Positions 38,103 through 48,019 of a stretch of DNA of 64,000 nt are shown piece after piece. Origin of the DNA: Nitrosopumilus sp. (lineage in GTDB: Archaea; Thermoproteota; Nitrososphaeria; Nitrososphaerales; Nitrosopumilaceae). The position numbers were made by a program, and so were the translations under genes. How positions within the stretch are numbered: the first letter of the stretch is position 1; every line of letters starts with the position of its first letter. Under the pieces are notes generated by a model. It worked only from the letters and a program-made list of their open reading frames with translations, did no database searches and was not told where the DNA came from. The stretch spans positions 192,001 to 256,000 of the forward strand of contig CBDBLO010000002.1 in NCBI GenBank assembly GCA_965207075.1, written 5' to 3'.

Positions 38103-39275
38103 ATGGTGCCACGGCAGAACCCGCAGGTATCGATCATCGTGCCCACCTACAACGAGTCGCAAAACATCATATCCATGCTCAAATCCATACGCGAGAACAT
38201 CCCCAAGGGCATGCTGGCCGAGACGATCGTGGTCGACGACAACTCCCCCGACGGCACGGGACGCCTCGTGGAGGACTATGTGGAGGGCCTCAGGCGGCTT
38301 GCGGAGGATACCGTAAACGTGGTACACCGCAAGGTAAGGAAGGGACTTGCGTCTGCCATACTCAACGGCATACAGTCGGCCAAGGCCGACACCATCATAG
38401 TGATGGATTCGGACTTTTCGCACCCGCCTCAGGTCATACCGCGACTGCTTGAGACGCTCAGGCAGTACCAGTGCGATCTGGTGGTGGCGTCCCGGTACGT
38501 GAGAGGCGGGGGAACTAGGGGGTGGCCCTTCAAGCGCAGGATGATAAGCAAGGGTGCGGCCTTGATTGCAAAGCTGGGATTGCGCGTCAAGACAAAGGAT
38601 CCGATGTCAGGATTCTTTGCGTTCCGGAGGAACATAATAAACGGCCTTACGTTTGACGCATTGGGCTACAAGTTCTTGCTTGAGGTGCTGGTAAAGGCCA
38701 ACGAGAACATTACAATACGCGAGGTGCCGTATACGTTTGAGAATCGCAGGTTGGGAAAGAGCAAGCTCGACGCCTCCCTGTACAAGACCGTAACAGAGTA
38801 CCTGCGCGCCGTATGGAAGCTGTACAAAAGCAAGAGGATTCAGGAGGCCGCTGCAAGGGAGCGCAAGTCCGTAAGGTTCGTCTCAAAGGCGGCCCGGTTC
38901 TTTACGGTCGGCGCGTCCGGGTTCGGGGTCAACTATCTGGTGTCCATGCTCTTTGCATCCGGGCTGTCCGAGTTCTGGTACGTGCACGCCAACGCGCTAG
39001 GCATTGCGGCGTCCCTCTCGACCAACTTTATACTGAACAAGGTGTGGACGTTTGAGGACCGCGACTTTGGGTTGAAGCGGACGCTGTCGCAGTACGGAAG
39101 GTTTGCCGCGTTCAGCTCGGTTGGCGCAGCGGTCCAGCTCGGCGCCGTATACTGGATGGTGGACACGCACGGGGTCTCGTACCCGTTGGCGCTCTTTGCA
39201 GCCATTGCGGCCGCCGCGTTCGGCAACTTCATACTGAACAAAAAGCTGACGTTCAGAGAGGGCATCTGGGACTGA
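38103..39275 (+). CDS. Dolichol-phosphate mannosyltransferase-like GT2 fused to a GtrA-like domain
   Basis: IVPTYNE, DDNSPDGT, MDSDFSH, DPMSGF; C-terminal GtrA motif NFILNKVWTF. Confidence 0.88.
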   Translation: MVPRQNPQVSIIVPTYNESQNIISMLKSIRENIPKGMLAETIVVDDNSPDGTGRLVEDYVEGLRRLAEDTVNVVHRKVRKGLASAILNGIQSAKADTIIVMDSDFSHPPQVIPRLLETLRQYQCDLVVASRYVRGGGTRGWPFKRRMISKGAALIAKLGLRVKTKDPMSGFFAFRRNIINGLTFDALGYKFLLEVLVKANENITIREVPYTFENRRLGKSKLDASLYKTVTEYLRAVWKLYKSKRIQEAAARERKSVRFVSKAARFFTVGASGFGVNYLVSMLFASGLSEFWYVHANALGIAASLSTNFILNKVWTFEDRDFGLKRTLSQYGRFAAFSSVGAAVQLGAVYWMVDTHGVSYPLALFAAIAAAAFGNFILNKKLTFREGIWD

Positions 39276-39487
39276 CCGCCGTACGTGGCGCCATGCCGCC
39301 GTTGGCGGCGCCTGTGACAGGCATGAGGGCAGCCGCTAGCGTATCTGCCGCGTGCTGTCCTCATGATGTGCGGCGCCTGCCGTCACACCACGCATGCCGG
39401 CGCTCCCTGGCCGTATACGCGGCACCAGAACGGTGGCCTGCGGGGCGCCTCCCCGCCCCCATGAGCACCCCGCCCGGAGTCGGATAA

Positions 39488-40981
39488 TTGGGCCGCACGC
39501 CGTCAAGGCGCAGGCGCGTCTCGCTTGTGCTTCTCATGGCGCCCTTGGTGCTCTCCGCATACACCCACCTGTGGAATCCCGTAGGGTTCCCGGACGTATT
39601 CTTTGATGAGGGCGTATACATGCGGCGCGCCGTGCACGTTCTGGATACGGGCAACCCGCAGGAGGCCTATTTTTACGACCACCCGTTCTTCGGGCAGCTC
39701 GTATTGTCGGGCGCGCTGTGGATTACGGGCTACCCGGCCTCGCTGGACGCCTCCACCGACCCGGCCTCGCTTGAGTCGCTCTACATGGTTCCAAGGGTGT
39801 TCATGGGTCTGCTTGCCGTACTGGATACGTTTCTGATCTACAGGATATCCGAGAAAAGGTTCGGTCAGAGGACGGCCTTCCTTGCGGCTCTGCTCTTTGC
39901 CGTGATGCCCATGTCGTGGCTGTTCAGGAGGATCCTGCTCGACTCGATATTCCTGCCGTTTGCACTGTCCTCGATCCTGCTCGCGCTCTATGCGCAGGAT
40001 TCGGACAGAAGGGGAGCGCTGCTGGTCTCGTCGGGAGCCTGCCTGGGGCTGGCGATATTCACAAAGGTTCCGGCGTTTACGCTCATTCCGCTCGTCCTGT
40101 TTGTGGTCTATTCCTCGGGCAGGCGCGCCAGGGACGCGGTGCTGTGGGTCGCGCCCGTGTTACTGATCCCGCTGGCTTGGCCCGCATATGCCGCGTGGGC
40201 CGGGCAGTTTGATCTGTGGGCCGGAGACGTCCTGTGGCAGGTGGCGGGCCGGGAGAGCGTGGGACTCGTGGGACTTGCGGCCTACCTGTTTGAGATCGAT
40301 CCCATCCTGCTGTTGCTTGGCGCAGGGGGGTTCGTATTTGCCGCGGTGCGTAGAAACACATTCGTGCTGCTGTGGTTTGCCCCGATGCTCCTGTTCTTTG
40401 CGATGGTCGGATACGTCCAGTACTTCCACTGGATACCGCTCATTCCGGTCATCTGCATCGCCGCCGCGCTTGCAATCGACAGGTGCGCGGATCGTATAGC
40501 CAGGGCCACGGTGCGGAACTATGCAGTAGCCGGAGCGGCCTGCGCGATAGCCGCATTCGGCATGGTTGTAACCGGAACGCTCATCGCGTCAGATGTGTCA
40601 TCGCCCCAGTTCGAGTCGCTCTCCTTCGTGTTGGAGAACTTCTCTGACAGCGGCGCCACAGTCCTTGCAAGCCCCGTGTATTCTTGGGTTCTGTACTATG
40701 TTTATGATGTGGAGAACGTTCTGCCCGACTATTCACTGATCCTGTTTGAGCCAGTCAAAACGGAGGACATACTGCTCGTGGCCGATCAGCACTTCAAGCT
40801 GGACATGCCAAGAGGCCAGGAGCTGAGTGACGCGTACGACGACACGGTCACGATAAGGGAGTTTGGCCATGCGGAGGGCGAGTACACATCCGCCCATCCG
40901 TATGCCAGCTACAAGTTCACCGAGGAGGGAAAGCTGATACAGGTAAGGGCCAGCTGGGCCCAGCCGGGCGGGACTCCTTAG
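39488..40981 (+). CDS. GT-C glycosyltransferase (ArnT/PMT, GT39-like)
   Basis: FFDEGVY, DHPFFG, multi-TM, GLAIFTK. Confidence 0.82.
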   Translation: MGRTPSRRRRVSLVLLMAPLVLSAYTHLWNPVGFPDVFFDEGVYMRRAVHVLDTGNPQEAYFYDHPFFGQLVLSGALWITGYPASLDASTDPASLESLYMVPRVFMGLLAVLDTFLIYRISEKRFGQRTAFLAALLFAVMPMSWLFRRILLDSIFLPFALSSILLALYAQDSDRRGALLVSSGACLGLAIFTKVPAFTLIPLVLFVVYSSGRRARDAVLWVAPVLLIPLAWPAYAAWAGQFDLWAGDVLWQVAGRESVGLVGLAAYLFEIDPILLLLGAGGFVFAAVRRNTFVLLWFAPMLLFFAMVGYVQYFHWIPLIPVICIAAALAIDRCADRIARATVRNYAVAGAACAIAAFGMVVTGTLIASDVSSPQFESLSFVLENFSDSGATVLASPVYSWVLYYVYDVENVLPDYSLILFEPVKTEDILLVADQHFKLDMPRGQELSDAYDDTVTIREFGHAEGEYTSAHPYASYKFTEEGKLIQVRASWAQPGGTP

Positions 40982-41297
40982 GCAGACTGGACAGTATAGC
41001 CCGTGCATAGCACGTACCCGTCAGATCCATGCCCAGCAGGAGGAGGGCGGCCGCGCTGTGCGATCTGGAGTACAGACCACACAGAATGCGGTCGGTGACG
41101 ACCTGCGGCCGCACGATGGCCGATGATCTGGAAGCTTTGACCTTGTACTCAACCTAGCCAATAGTCATCAGAATCATACAATTCGTGGTTCGTATTTTCC
41201 ACCTCACGCGTCATGTTCAATCCGTCGGTATGAGTGGCCTCCTTTTGGAACCGGCCGCGGACTAAGGGCCTCAGGAACATGAGTGGGTAAACGGGTA

Positions 41298-41334
41298 GAT
41301 GAAGTAAGAAGAGAATAAAGAAAAAGGAAAGGGG
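41298..41334 (-). terminator. Pyrimidine/T-rich terminator-like tract after cdvB
   Basis: Minus strand reads CCCCTTTCCTTTTTCTTTATTCTCTTCTTAC just after the stop codon. Confidence 0.5.
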
Positions 41335-41346
41335 TTGGTCCCGTTC

Positions 41347-42015
41347 CTACGGGGTATAGTTTGTGGTGCTGGTCGCAGCCGCCGTCTGGGACGAGAGTCC
41401 CGTCGAGGACGGTACGGACGGGAACTGCTGTCCGATCTGCTGCTCTGCAACCGCCGAGGCCTCCTGCAGGATTCTCTCCGTCTCCTCGCTGGACACGTCG
41501 GATTCCATGCCAAAGGAGTCGCCGGCAAGCGAGTCCATCATGAGCCCATTGAGGGTCTGCGTCATGGCGTTCAGCTCGGAGTCTGCCTCCGGCATGAACT
41601 TCCCAAGCGACGACTTTAGTCCCTTCATGGTGTTCATGGCAGGCTGGAGCGCAATCATTGCGTCACCGAGGTCGTGGACGGTAGTCAGCCTGAGCTGGCT
41701 CTGCTCGAGCGCCATCCTCATGTTGCTTAGCATCTTTGTAACCTTGCGTATCTCGGCCAGTTCGCTGCCGAGTACCTTGCTGGTGTTGATGTCGTGCTGC
41801 TGCATGGCCGCCACCACGCGCTGAAAGAGCCTCTGGTCCCTCTCGCGCAGCTTGCCCAGCATGCCATCCATCTTTGAGATCTGGACCTGCAGTCCGTTGA
41901 CTGCGGCCTGGATCCGGGGCTTGAGGGCCCCCTGAGGCTTTGCAGCGTCACGAATCTTCTCGGTTACACTTCGCGTCTCTGGTCTAGACCAGTTGTTCTC
42001 GAAGTTGTTTGCCAT
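41347..42015 (-). CDS. cdvB: ESCRT-III/Snf7-family cell division protein
   Basis: LKPRI, ELAEIRKV, LEQ..LRLTT.HDLGD, ILQEASAVAE...FP. Which paralog is unresolved. Confidence 0.88.
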   Translation of the reverse strand: MANNFENNWSRPETRSVTEKIRDAAKPQGALKPRIQAAVNGLQVQISKMDGMLGKLRERDQRLFQRVVAAMQQHDINTSKVLGSELAEIRKVTKMLSNMRMALEQSQLRLTTVHDLGDAMIALQPAMNTMKGLKSSLGKFMPEADSELNAMTQTLNGLMMDSLAGDSFGMESDVSSEETERILQEASAVAEQQIGQQFPSVPSSTGLSSQTAAATSTTNYTP

Positions 42016-42119
42016 GCCGTCCCATGCTGCGTTTCCCACTTAATGGACGGTGTATATTTTTGTCAACCAAAGTGCCAAATTTTACTAACAAACTTAGGTA
42101 GCGCCGCCCCCGCCTGTTC

Positions 42120-42923
42120 GTGCCTAGGATAGCGGTGTTCGACTCGGGGCTGGGCTCGCTGTCTATAGTCAGGGAGCTACGCAGGGTCGCCAGAAGCGGG
42201 GGCGGGACGGCCGAGATCATATACTATGCGGACACGGCCAGCTTTCCGTACGGTTCAAAGCCGAGGGCGGAGCTGGGGCGCATAGTAAGCAGGACGATAT
42301 CGGGCCTGCGCGGCCGGTTTGCGCCCGACGCCGTCGTGATTGCCTCAAACACGCCCTGCCTGGCGCTGGACATACGGGACGGACGCGATAACGGCATGCT
42401 GGTGGCCGGGGTGAGGCCGCCGCTTGCCGAGGCCGCCCGGCTGTCCGGCACGGGAAGGATAGGGATACTCGGGACGGCGTCCGGAATACGCGGGGCGGGG
42501 CTGTCGCGGATGATACGGGAATACAGGGCGGCCGCGCGCAGGGCCCCCCGGTTCTTCCGGATCGACGGCTCGGAGCTTGTCCGCATGGTGGAGACCGGCC
42601 TGTTCCTGAGGGACGCCGCGGCGTGCAGGGCGGCCGCGCGCCGAATACTGGATCCCGTGATATCAGGATATGGCATCGACGTAGTCACGCTCTCAAGCAC
42701 GCACCTGCCGTTTCTGGCCGGCATTCTGGGGTCGGAGTATCCCGGCGTGCAGTTTGTAAACCCCGCGCACAATGTGGCAAAGGCGGTGCTTGGCGCGTGT
42801 CCGGACGGGACGCGCGGCAAGAACTCCCTGAGGATATACGCGTCAGGCGATTACGCCGCGTTGCAGGACAACCTACAGAGGCTGCGCGTGCGCAGGAAGG
42901 TCAGGCCGCTCCTGCTGCAGTAA
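42120..42923 (+). CDS. Glutamate/aspartate racemase-family protein (Ser/Ser variant)
   Basis: FDSGLG, FPYGSK, ASNT, SSTH. Confidence 0.85.
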   Translation: MPRIAVFDSGLGSLSIVRELRRVARSGGGTAEIIYYADTASFPYGSKPRAELGRIVSRTISGLRGRFAPDAVVIASNTPCLALDIRDGRDNGMLVAGVRPPLAEAARLSGTGRIGILGTASGIRGAGLSRMIREYRAAARRAPRFFRIDGSELVRMVETGLFLRDAAACRAAARRILDPVISGYGIDVVTLSSTHLPFLAGILGSEYPGVQFVNPAHNVAKAVLGACPDGTRGKNSLRIYASGDYAALQDNLQRLRVRRKVRPLLLQ

Positions 42924-43003
42924 CCGGATGGGGCTGCGCGTGCGCGTGGCGGCAAGATGCGCTGGCGCCGTCCCCGACCTAGCGCCGACGCCACACCCTA
43001 GAG

Positions 43004-43798
43004 CTAGTCGTCCCCCTTGTCTGGAACGCTTGCCTTCCTGTACCCGTGGCTGAACTCTTTGTCGTACAGCCTCGAGTATTCGTACGACTCCGGGTTCAGC
43101 ACGCCCCCTATCATTATGATTGCCGTCTTTGTTATGCGCGCGTCCCTGACCTTCTGCTCGATGTCCTCCAGGGTTCCCTTGATCACCTTCTCGTCGTCCC
43201 AGCTGGCCCTGTATATGACGGCCGCCGGCGTGGTGTCCCCGTACCCGCCCTTCTTGGCCTCTGAGACGATCTCCCTTATGAGGTGCACGCTCAGGTAGAA
43301 TATCATGGTGGCCCCGTGCCTTGCCAGCCCCGCTATGCTCTCTGCCTCCGGCACCTTTGTGCGGGACTCTGCCCTCGTGATTATGATGGTCTGCGTGACT
43401 CCGGGCAGCGTGAGCTGCGTGCCCAGGGCGGCCGACGACGCCAGGAACGACGTTACGCCGGGCACCACCACCGACCTTATGCCCCTCTTTGCAAGCTCGT
43501 CGATCTGCTCCCTGATGGCGCCGTATATGGCCGGGTCGCCGTCGTGCAGGCGCAGCACTGTCTTTTTCCCGTCTTCTGAGGCGCCCCTGTACAGGATCTC
43601 GGATATCTCCTCCCTGACCAGCCCCGACGCGTCGTGCAGCTCCGCGTTCTTGCCCGCCATTGCAATTATGGGCTCCGGGATGAGCGATCCCGAGTACACG
43701 ATGACGTCCGCGTCTTGTATGAGCCTCTTGGCCTTTAGGGTGACGAGCTCCGGGTCGCCGGGGCCGCATCCTACAAAGTATACAGTGTTTTCAGGCAC
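43004..43798 (-). CDS. cbiF: Precorrin-4 C11-methyltransferase
   Basis: GCGPGDPEL, RLHDGDPAIYGAIREQ, PGVTQTIIITR, YSRLYD. Confidence 0.93.
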   Translation of the reverse strand: MPENTVYFVGCGPGDPELVTLKAKRLIQDADVIVYSGSLIPEPIIAMAGKNAELHDASGLVREEISEILYRGASEDGKKTVLRLHDGDPAIYGAIREQIDELAKRGIRSVVVPGVTSFLASSAALGTQLTLPGVTQTIIITRAESRTKVPEAESIAGLARHGATMIFYLSVHLIREIVSEAKKGGYGDTTPAAVIYRASWDDEKVIKGTLEDIEQKVRDARITKTAIIMIGGVLNPESYEYSRLYDKEFSHGYRKASVPDKGDD

Positions 43799-44531
43799 GC
43801 TTTACCACCAGAATTGAAAAGTATTTTGAGCCCAGGCTCTCCTCGCTGACCTCGCCGAGCGTCATCTTCTGTATCACCTCCTGGTCGGTGCCCAGGGACT
43901 GGCCTATCGCGAAGAGCGAGTCGTCGCCGAACCCCGACTCGCGCAGCACGTCTATGACCTGGTCAAAGTACCTGCCGTCCTTGAGGAATATCATCGACTC
44001 CGCGTACCTGGCGATCTCTCTGACGCCGGCCAGGTCGTAGCACGAGGGTATTATGGCGACCTTTTCTGCGCCCTCCGCTATGCTGACGCCCACCTTTGAG
44101 GCAAACGTGAACATGGACACTATCCCCGGTATGACGGATATCTCCATATCGGGGTGCTCTGAGCTGAGGTGCCTGTGCATGTAGATCCACGTGCTGTAAA
44201 GGTACGGGTCGCCCACCGTCAGGTATACTATGTTTCTGCCCGTGGCGACCTTTTGGGCCATGATGTCGGCGTTGCGCCTCCAAGTCTCCTCCAGCACGTC
44301 GCGGTCCTTTGTCATGGGAAAGATCAGCTTTGTTATCTCCTGCCTTGACTCGTCCACGAGGTGGGACACCACCGACAGCGCTATGCTGGGCCTGTCCTCT
44401 GCAGACGCGGGGCACATTATGGCGTCCGCTCCCTCTATGGCCTTCACGGCCTTCACGGTCAGCAGGTCCGCGTCGCCGGGGCCGACGCCTATCCCAGTCA
44501 GGCTTCCCTTCATGGTTGGACTATCCGGCAT
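43791..44531 (-). CDS. cbiL: Precorrin-2 C20-methyltransferase
   Basis: GVGPGDADLLTVKA, FPMTKD, GDPYLYST, YFS. Confidence 0.92.
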   Translation of the reverse strand: MPDSPTMKGSLTGIGVGPGDADLLTVKAVKAIEGADAIMCPASAEDRPSIALSVVSHLVDESRQEITKLIFPMTKDRDVLEETWRRNADIMAQKVATGRNIVYLTVGDPYLYSTWIYMHRHLSSEHPDMEISVIPGIVSMFTFASKVGVSIAEGAEKVAIIPSCYDLAGVREIARYAESMIFLKDGRYFDQVIDVLRESGFGDDSLFAIGQSLGTDQEVIQKMTLGEVSEESLGSKYFSILVVKRA

Positions 44532-44863
44532 GATCCTATAAGTCTAGGCCGCCGCCCTACGTTGTCCGGTACCAGCATCCAGTAGAACACGGCAGACGCA
44601 AGCCCGCACGTGTCCAGAACCGCCACGTTGCGCGACGACATGAAGAAGCCGGACGGTGCGGCTTCATGTGATGTGGGGCATTATGAAAAACGACACCAGA
44701 TCCGAGAGATACGTCAACTATAACAAACACTATTACAGGTTTTGGAGCTTGTCTTACATTAGCGCGTTGATTGATCGCGTTGTCAAGGATCAAAGCATGG
44801 AATAAATCAGGGACGGTGTTGTCTCAATCGCAGTGATCGTGCTGCCGAACAAGGTTTTTTCTC

Positions 44864-45247
44864 ATGAATAAAATAACTTTGTTAGGGATGAGTGCTGTTG
44901 TCGTAGTACTCGCCTCATGGTATGTTTACCTGAATCTTGCGCCATCGGACGAAGAAGTCCGGATGGCCATGATTGACGAGTTCCGGGAACACGAAATCTA
45001 CAAGAAATTCAAGTCAATGTATCCTAATTCCACCGAATCCTATGCCTTGTATGAAAGCCCGGCCCTTGAAGTAAAACAATCAGACAACCATAACAATACG
45101 TTGAGTTTGATGATCCTCAAGGGTGATGACATACATCCATATTATTATTCGGTGATTTGTAGTACTGACAGGTGGCTAAAACCGCAGGGAGTTCCGTTTG
45201 AAGCGGCATTTGATTTCTTGGATGATAACGACTGCTTGCAGGATTGA
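44864..45247 (+). CDS. Hypothetical membrane-anchored protein (low GC)
   Basis: N-terminal TM helix; shares motifs with 47083-47577. Confidence 0.7.
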   Translation: MNKITLLGMSAVVVVLASWYVYLNLAPSDEEVRMAMIDEFREHEIYKKFKSMYPNSTESYALYESPALEVKQSDNHNNTLSLMILKGDDIHPYYYSVICSTDRWLKPQGVPFEAAFDFLDDNDCLQD

Positions 45248-45255
45248 TAGTTATT

Positions 45256-46931
45256 AGACAATATGCGTAATTAAAGAAAAAATTCACACAGGCATGCATA
45301 ATGACCACATGCCGGGGCAATTTGCGAAGTTTTTTGGAATTAATTACATGTGTGTGAGTGCAACGTGGGCCGCGAATTAATCATGGCGCCAAAAATGCCG
45401 GAAAAATACGTGACATGCAATTAATTACGGCAACTGCGGCCGCGGAAAAAACCCGGGCAAGAGCCGGCCTTTTCCGCGATGTGTTCTGGGTGGCTGCCGC
45501 CGGCGGCAGGCTGCCGCCGGCCCCGCGTTAGCGGCCCTTCCCGCCGCCGCCTAGGACGGACTGCCAGTGGCCGTAGGTGCCGTTTCGGAGCATGAGCCTC
45601 GCGTTGGCAAGCCCGCATGCGACGTTGAACTCGGTGTTGAAGTCCTCGAGGGTCCCCTCGTATACGGAGGATACGCGCCGGTAGTGCTTGACGGACGCGA
45701 TGGCGTTCTCCACTACGACCCTCTCCTTGGACAGCCTTTTGTTGTGCGCCTTCTGCTTCTTGGTGAGCTGCCCGCCCCTCGGCTTTCTTATCGGGGTCAC
45801 CACCTCGGCGCCCGGCAGGTCCTTGTCCAGCCCCTGGAACCCGGAGTCCCCGAGCACGCGGAGCGCCATCCTGCCCGCCCCCTTGGGCAGGTCCGCCCCG
45901 AGCACGTCCTCCGCGAACGACCCCAGGTCGCCGAGGAACTCCCGGGTTATCGTAATGTCGTGCACGCTGCCCTGGAGCGTGCGGCTGATCGCGATCACCA
46001 TGCCGTCTGGCATGGTCATGACCACGGTGTTGCCGGTGTACGCCTTCTTCTTGCCCGAGTACATGGCGTCGCGCACCTCCTTGTCCCCCGCCCTGACGAA
46101 CCGGACGTGGGTGCCGTCAAGCAGTATGGTGTCGGCCCCGGCGCCCCCGGGGAACAGTGCGGCGAACTCCCTTGGCGAGTGGACGTGCCGCAGGATGTCC
46201 ATGAACCTGTGCGGGGCGGGCAGCATGGTGGCAAGTATGCGGTCCGCGACCCTGACGTACCTGCACACGGCGGCCTGGTCGATGCCGAAGATGACGCCCA
46301 ACTGGTCCTGGCAGTTGTTGCGGTATTTGCGTGTCAGGTCTAGCAGCAGCACGTACGCGGGATGGAGCGCGCACCGGTTGCCCGGCTCCGACGCCCTGAC
46401 CGGGTCGTCGCGTACGAGCGGAACGTTCCTGATATAGTCCTCGTACGCGTCCGCGGCCGGGCGCGGGCCCCTCTTCCCTGCGCGCGCCTTTTCGTACTGG
46501 CGCCGCCTCTCGATCTCCTCGGCCTCCATGGCCTCCCACCCCGCCGCAAAGGCGCGGTACAGCATCCCGAACTCTTTACTGCTGTACCCGGTCATCGCGT
46601 GCAGCTTTGCATCGGACGCCAGCACTCTTCTCATATTCGCAAGACACAGTTCCGTGTCTCCGGCGCTTTCCAGCAGGGTTGAATCATCAACGACGGGCAC
46701 GTCAGACAGCCAGTCCTTTTCTTCCTTGTCGTCGCTGACGCAGAAATATTGATCATCATTTTTCCCCTTGGCCTTCCCCGCGGCCTTTAACATCCGCATT
46801 CCCATGCCGCATTATCGCGGGAGTTTGTTTATAGATCTTTTGATTGAGATCACTTAACCCGTTTTCCGGGCAGATCCTAGGCACGAAAATGTTTATGTTC
46901 ATTAAAAATATGCCGATTACGCATATTGTCT
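45256..46931. mobile_element. IS5-family-like insertion sequence
   Basis: Perfect TIRs AGACAATATGCGTAAT (45256-45271) and ATTACGCATATTGTCT (46916-46931), flanked by ATT on both sides (or TA if the ends lie 1 bp further in). Confidence 0.9.
45528..46805 (-). CDS. DDE transposase (IS5/ISL2, Harbinger-like)
   Basis: HTH (QDQLGVIFGIDQAAVCR), LDGT, YSGKKK, GSVHD, GDSGFQG, RVVVENA. Confidence 0.92.
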   Translation of the reverse strand: MGMRMLKAAGKAKGKNDDQYFCVSDDKEEKDWLSDVPVVDDSTLLESAGDTELCLANMRRVLASDAKLHAMTGYSSKEFGMLYRAFAAGWEAMEAEEIERRRQYEKARAGKRGPRPAADAYEDYIRNVPLVRDDPVRASEPGNRCALHPAYVLLLDLTRKYRNNCQDQLGVIFGIDQAAVCRYVRVADRILATMLPAPHRFMDILRHVHSPREFAALFPGGAGADTILLDGTHVRFVRAGDKEVRDAMYSGKKKAYTGNTVVMTMPDGMVIAISRTLQGSVHDITITREFLGDLGSFAEDVLGADLPKGAGRMALRVLGDSGFQGLDKDLPGAEVVTPIRKPRGGQLTKKQKAHNKRLSKERVVVENAIASVKHYRRVSSVYEGTLEDFNTEFNVACGLANARLMLRNGTYGHWQSVLGGGGKGR

Positions 46932-47082
46932 ATTTTGTAACCTGACGTCCCTGTGGGTCGGGGAGGACGCATGTGGAAGCGGCATCTCCATAATGTCACT
47001 TTTGTCACGATCCGCAAGCGGAGGGTTATGCGAGAGCAGTTTTGGAACAGACGTTATATACTCACGGAAGACCATTCGTGCC

Positions 47083-47577
47083 ATGGAACGCCTGCCAAGG
47101 TTTGCGCTGTATCTGGCCATAGGCGTAGGCATAACTATCTTCGCCTTGTTCTTGGTTTCGGTACTGCCATTCATAATTGAAGACTCTTGGGACAGGTGGA
47201 AGAGGCTGGATAGAATGGATATGTCGCCAGACGAGATATACTCTAAGATGAGCGCGCACCCGGCATACTTGGCAATGTACGAGGTGTATCCGGACGCAAA
47301 AGAAGAGTTTGTGTATCGCGACAGGGGGGACGCAAATCTTCAGGTAGGCGTAATGAGCTTTGATACACAAAACCAGTTGATGCTAGACTTGGACTACTCC
47401 CCATACCAAGACAGGATAAGAGCGTACGTTTACTGCAATGTGGGCGAGTATCATCGCGAAATGGACGCGGACGGACTCTTTGCCGAGGACTTTATCCGGA
47501 ACACTGACTGCCTGGGGGCTGCCGGCACCGGAGACGGCAGCAAGCAAGCAACGGTCGAACTCAGGGCGGCAGAATGA
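47083..47577 (+). CDS. Hypothetical membrane-anchored protein
   Basis: N-terminal TM helix; apparent paralog of 44864-45247. Confidence 0.72.
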   Translation: MERLPRFALYLAIGVGITIFALFLVSVLPFIIEDSWDRWKRLDRMDMSPDEIYSKMSAHPAYLAMYEVYPDAKEEFVYRDRGDANLQVGVMSFDTQNQLMLDLDYSPYQDRIRAYVYCNVGEYHREMDADGLFAEDFIRNTDCLGAAGTGDGSKQATVELRAAE

Positions 47578-47737
47578 AGGCAAGTTACAAGATCGCAGTT
47601 TCGGCTACGGTATCTGCTGTCTTCTCGTTATACCTGTTCATGGTGGCAAACTGGTACTCCCCGTGCATGAGGGCATTCCCTGCCAGTGCCCCGAGATCAT
47701 CAAGCACAGTTTTGGGCACGACTTTGGAGTATAGGAA

Positions 47738-48019
47738 ATGATAAACAGGCTTTTGATAGCTGGGATCGGACTGCTTGCGTTTGGACTCGCGAACTTTTTC
47801 AGATACCTGCCAATTACATACAGTCCCTCGTTCTGGAACAAACCATTTCCGTTTGAGCGTCTCTACAACGTAGTGGCCACTGAGGGCAGGGGCATTAGAT
47901 ATCAAATTGGGTATATGCCATTGGATGAGGCTGCAATTGACCCTTACTGGCTGTTTTGGTCGATGGCGCTTTATGCAGGAATCGTGATAACCGGTTTTGC
48001 GGTTTGGAGCAGAAGATGA
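47738..48019 (+). CDS. Hypothetical two-TM protein
   Basis: Hydrophobic termini; ATGA overlap with the next gene. Confidence 0.6.
   Translation: MINRLLIAGIGLLAFGLANFFRYLPITYSPSFWNKPFPFERLYNVVATEGRGIRYQIGYMPLDEAAIDPYWLFWSMALYAGIVITGFAVWSRR

Noticed and set aside
40990-41290. Intergenic region as a possible ncRNA or small gene
   Set aside because: No convincing ORF, structure or repeat seen.
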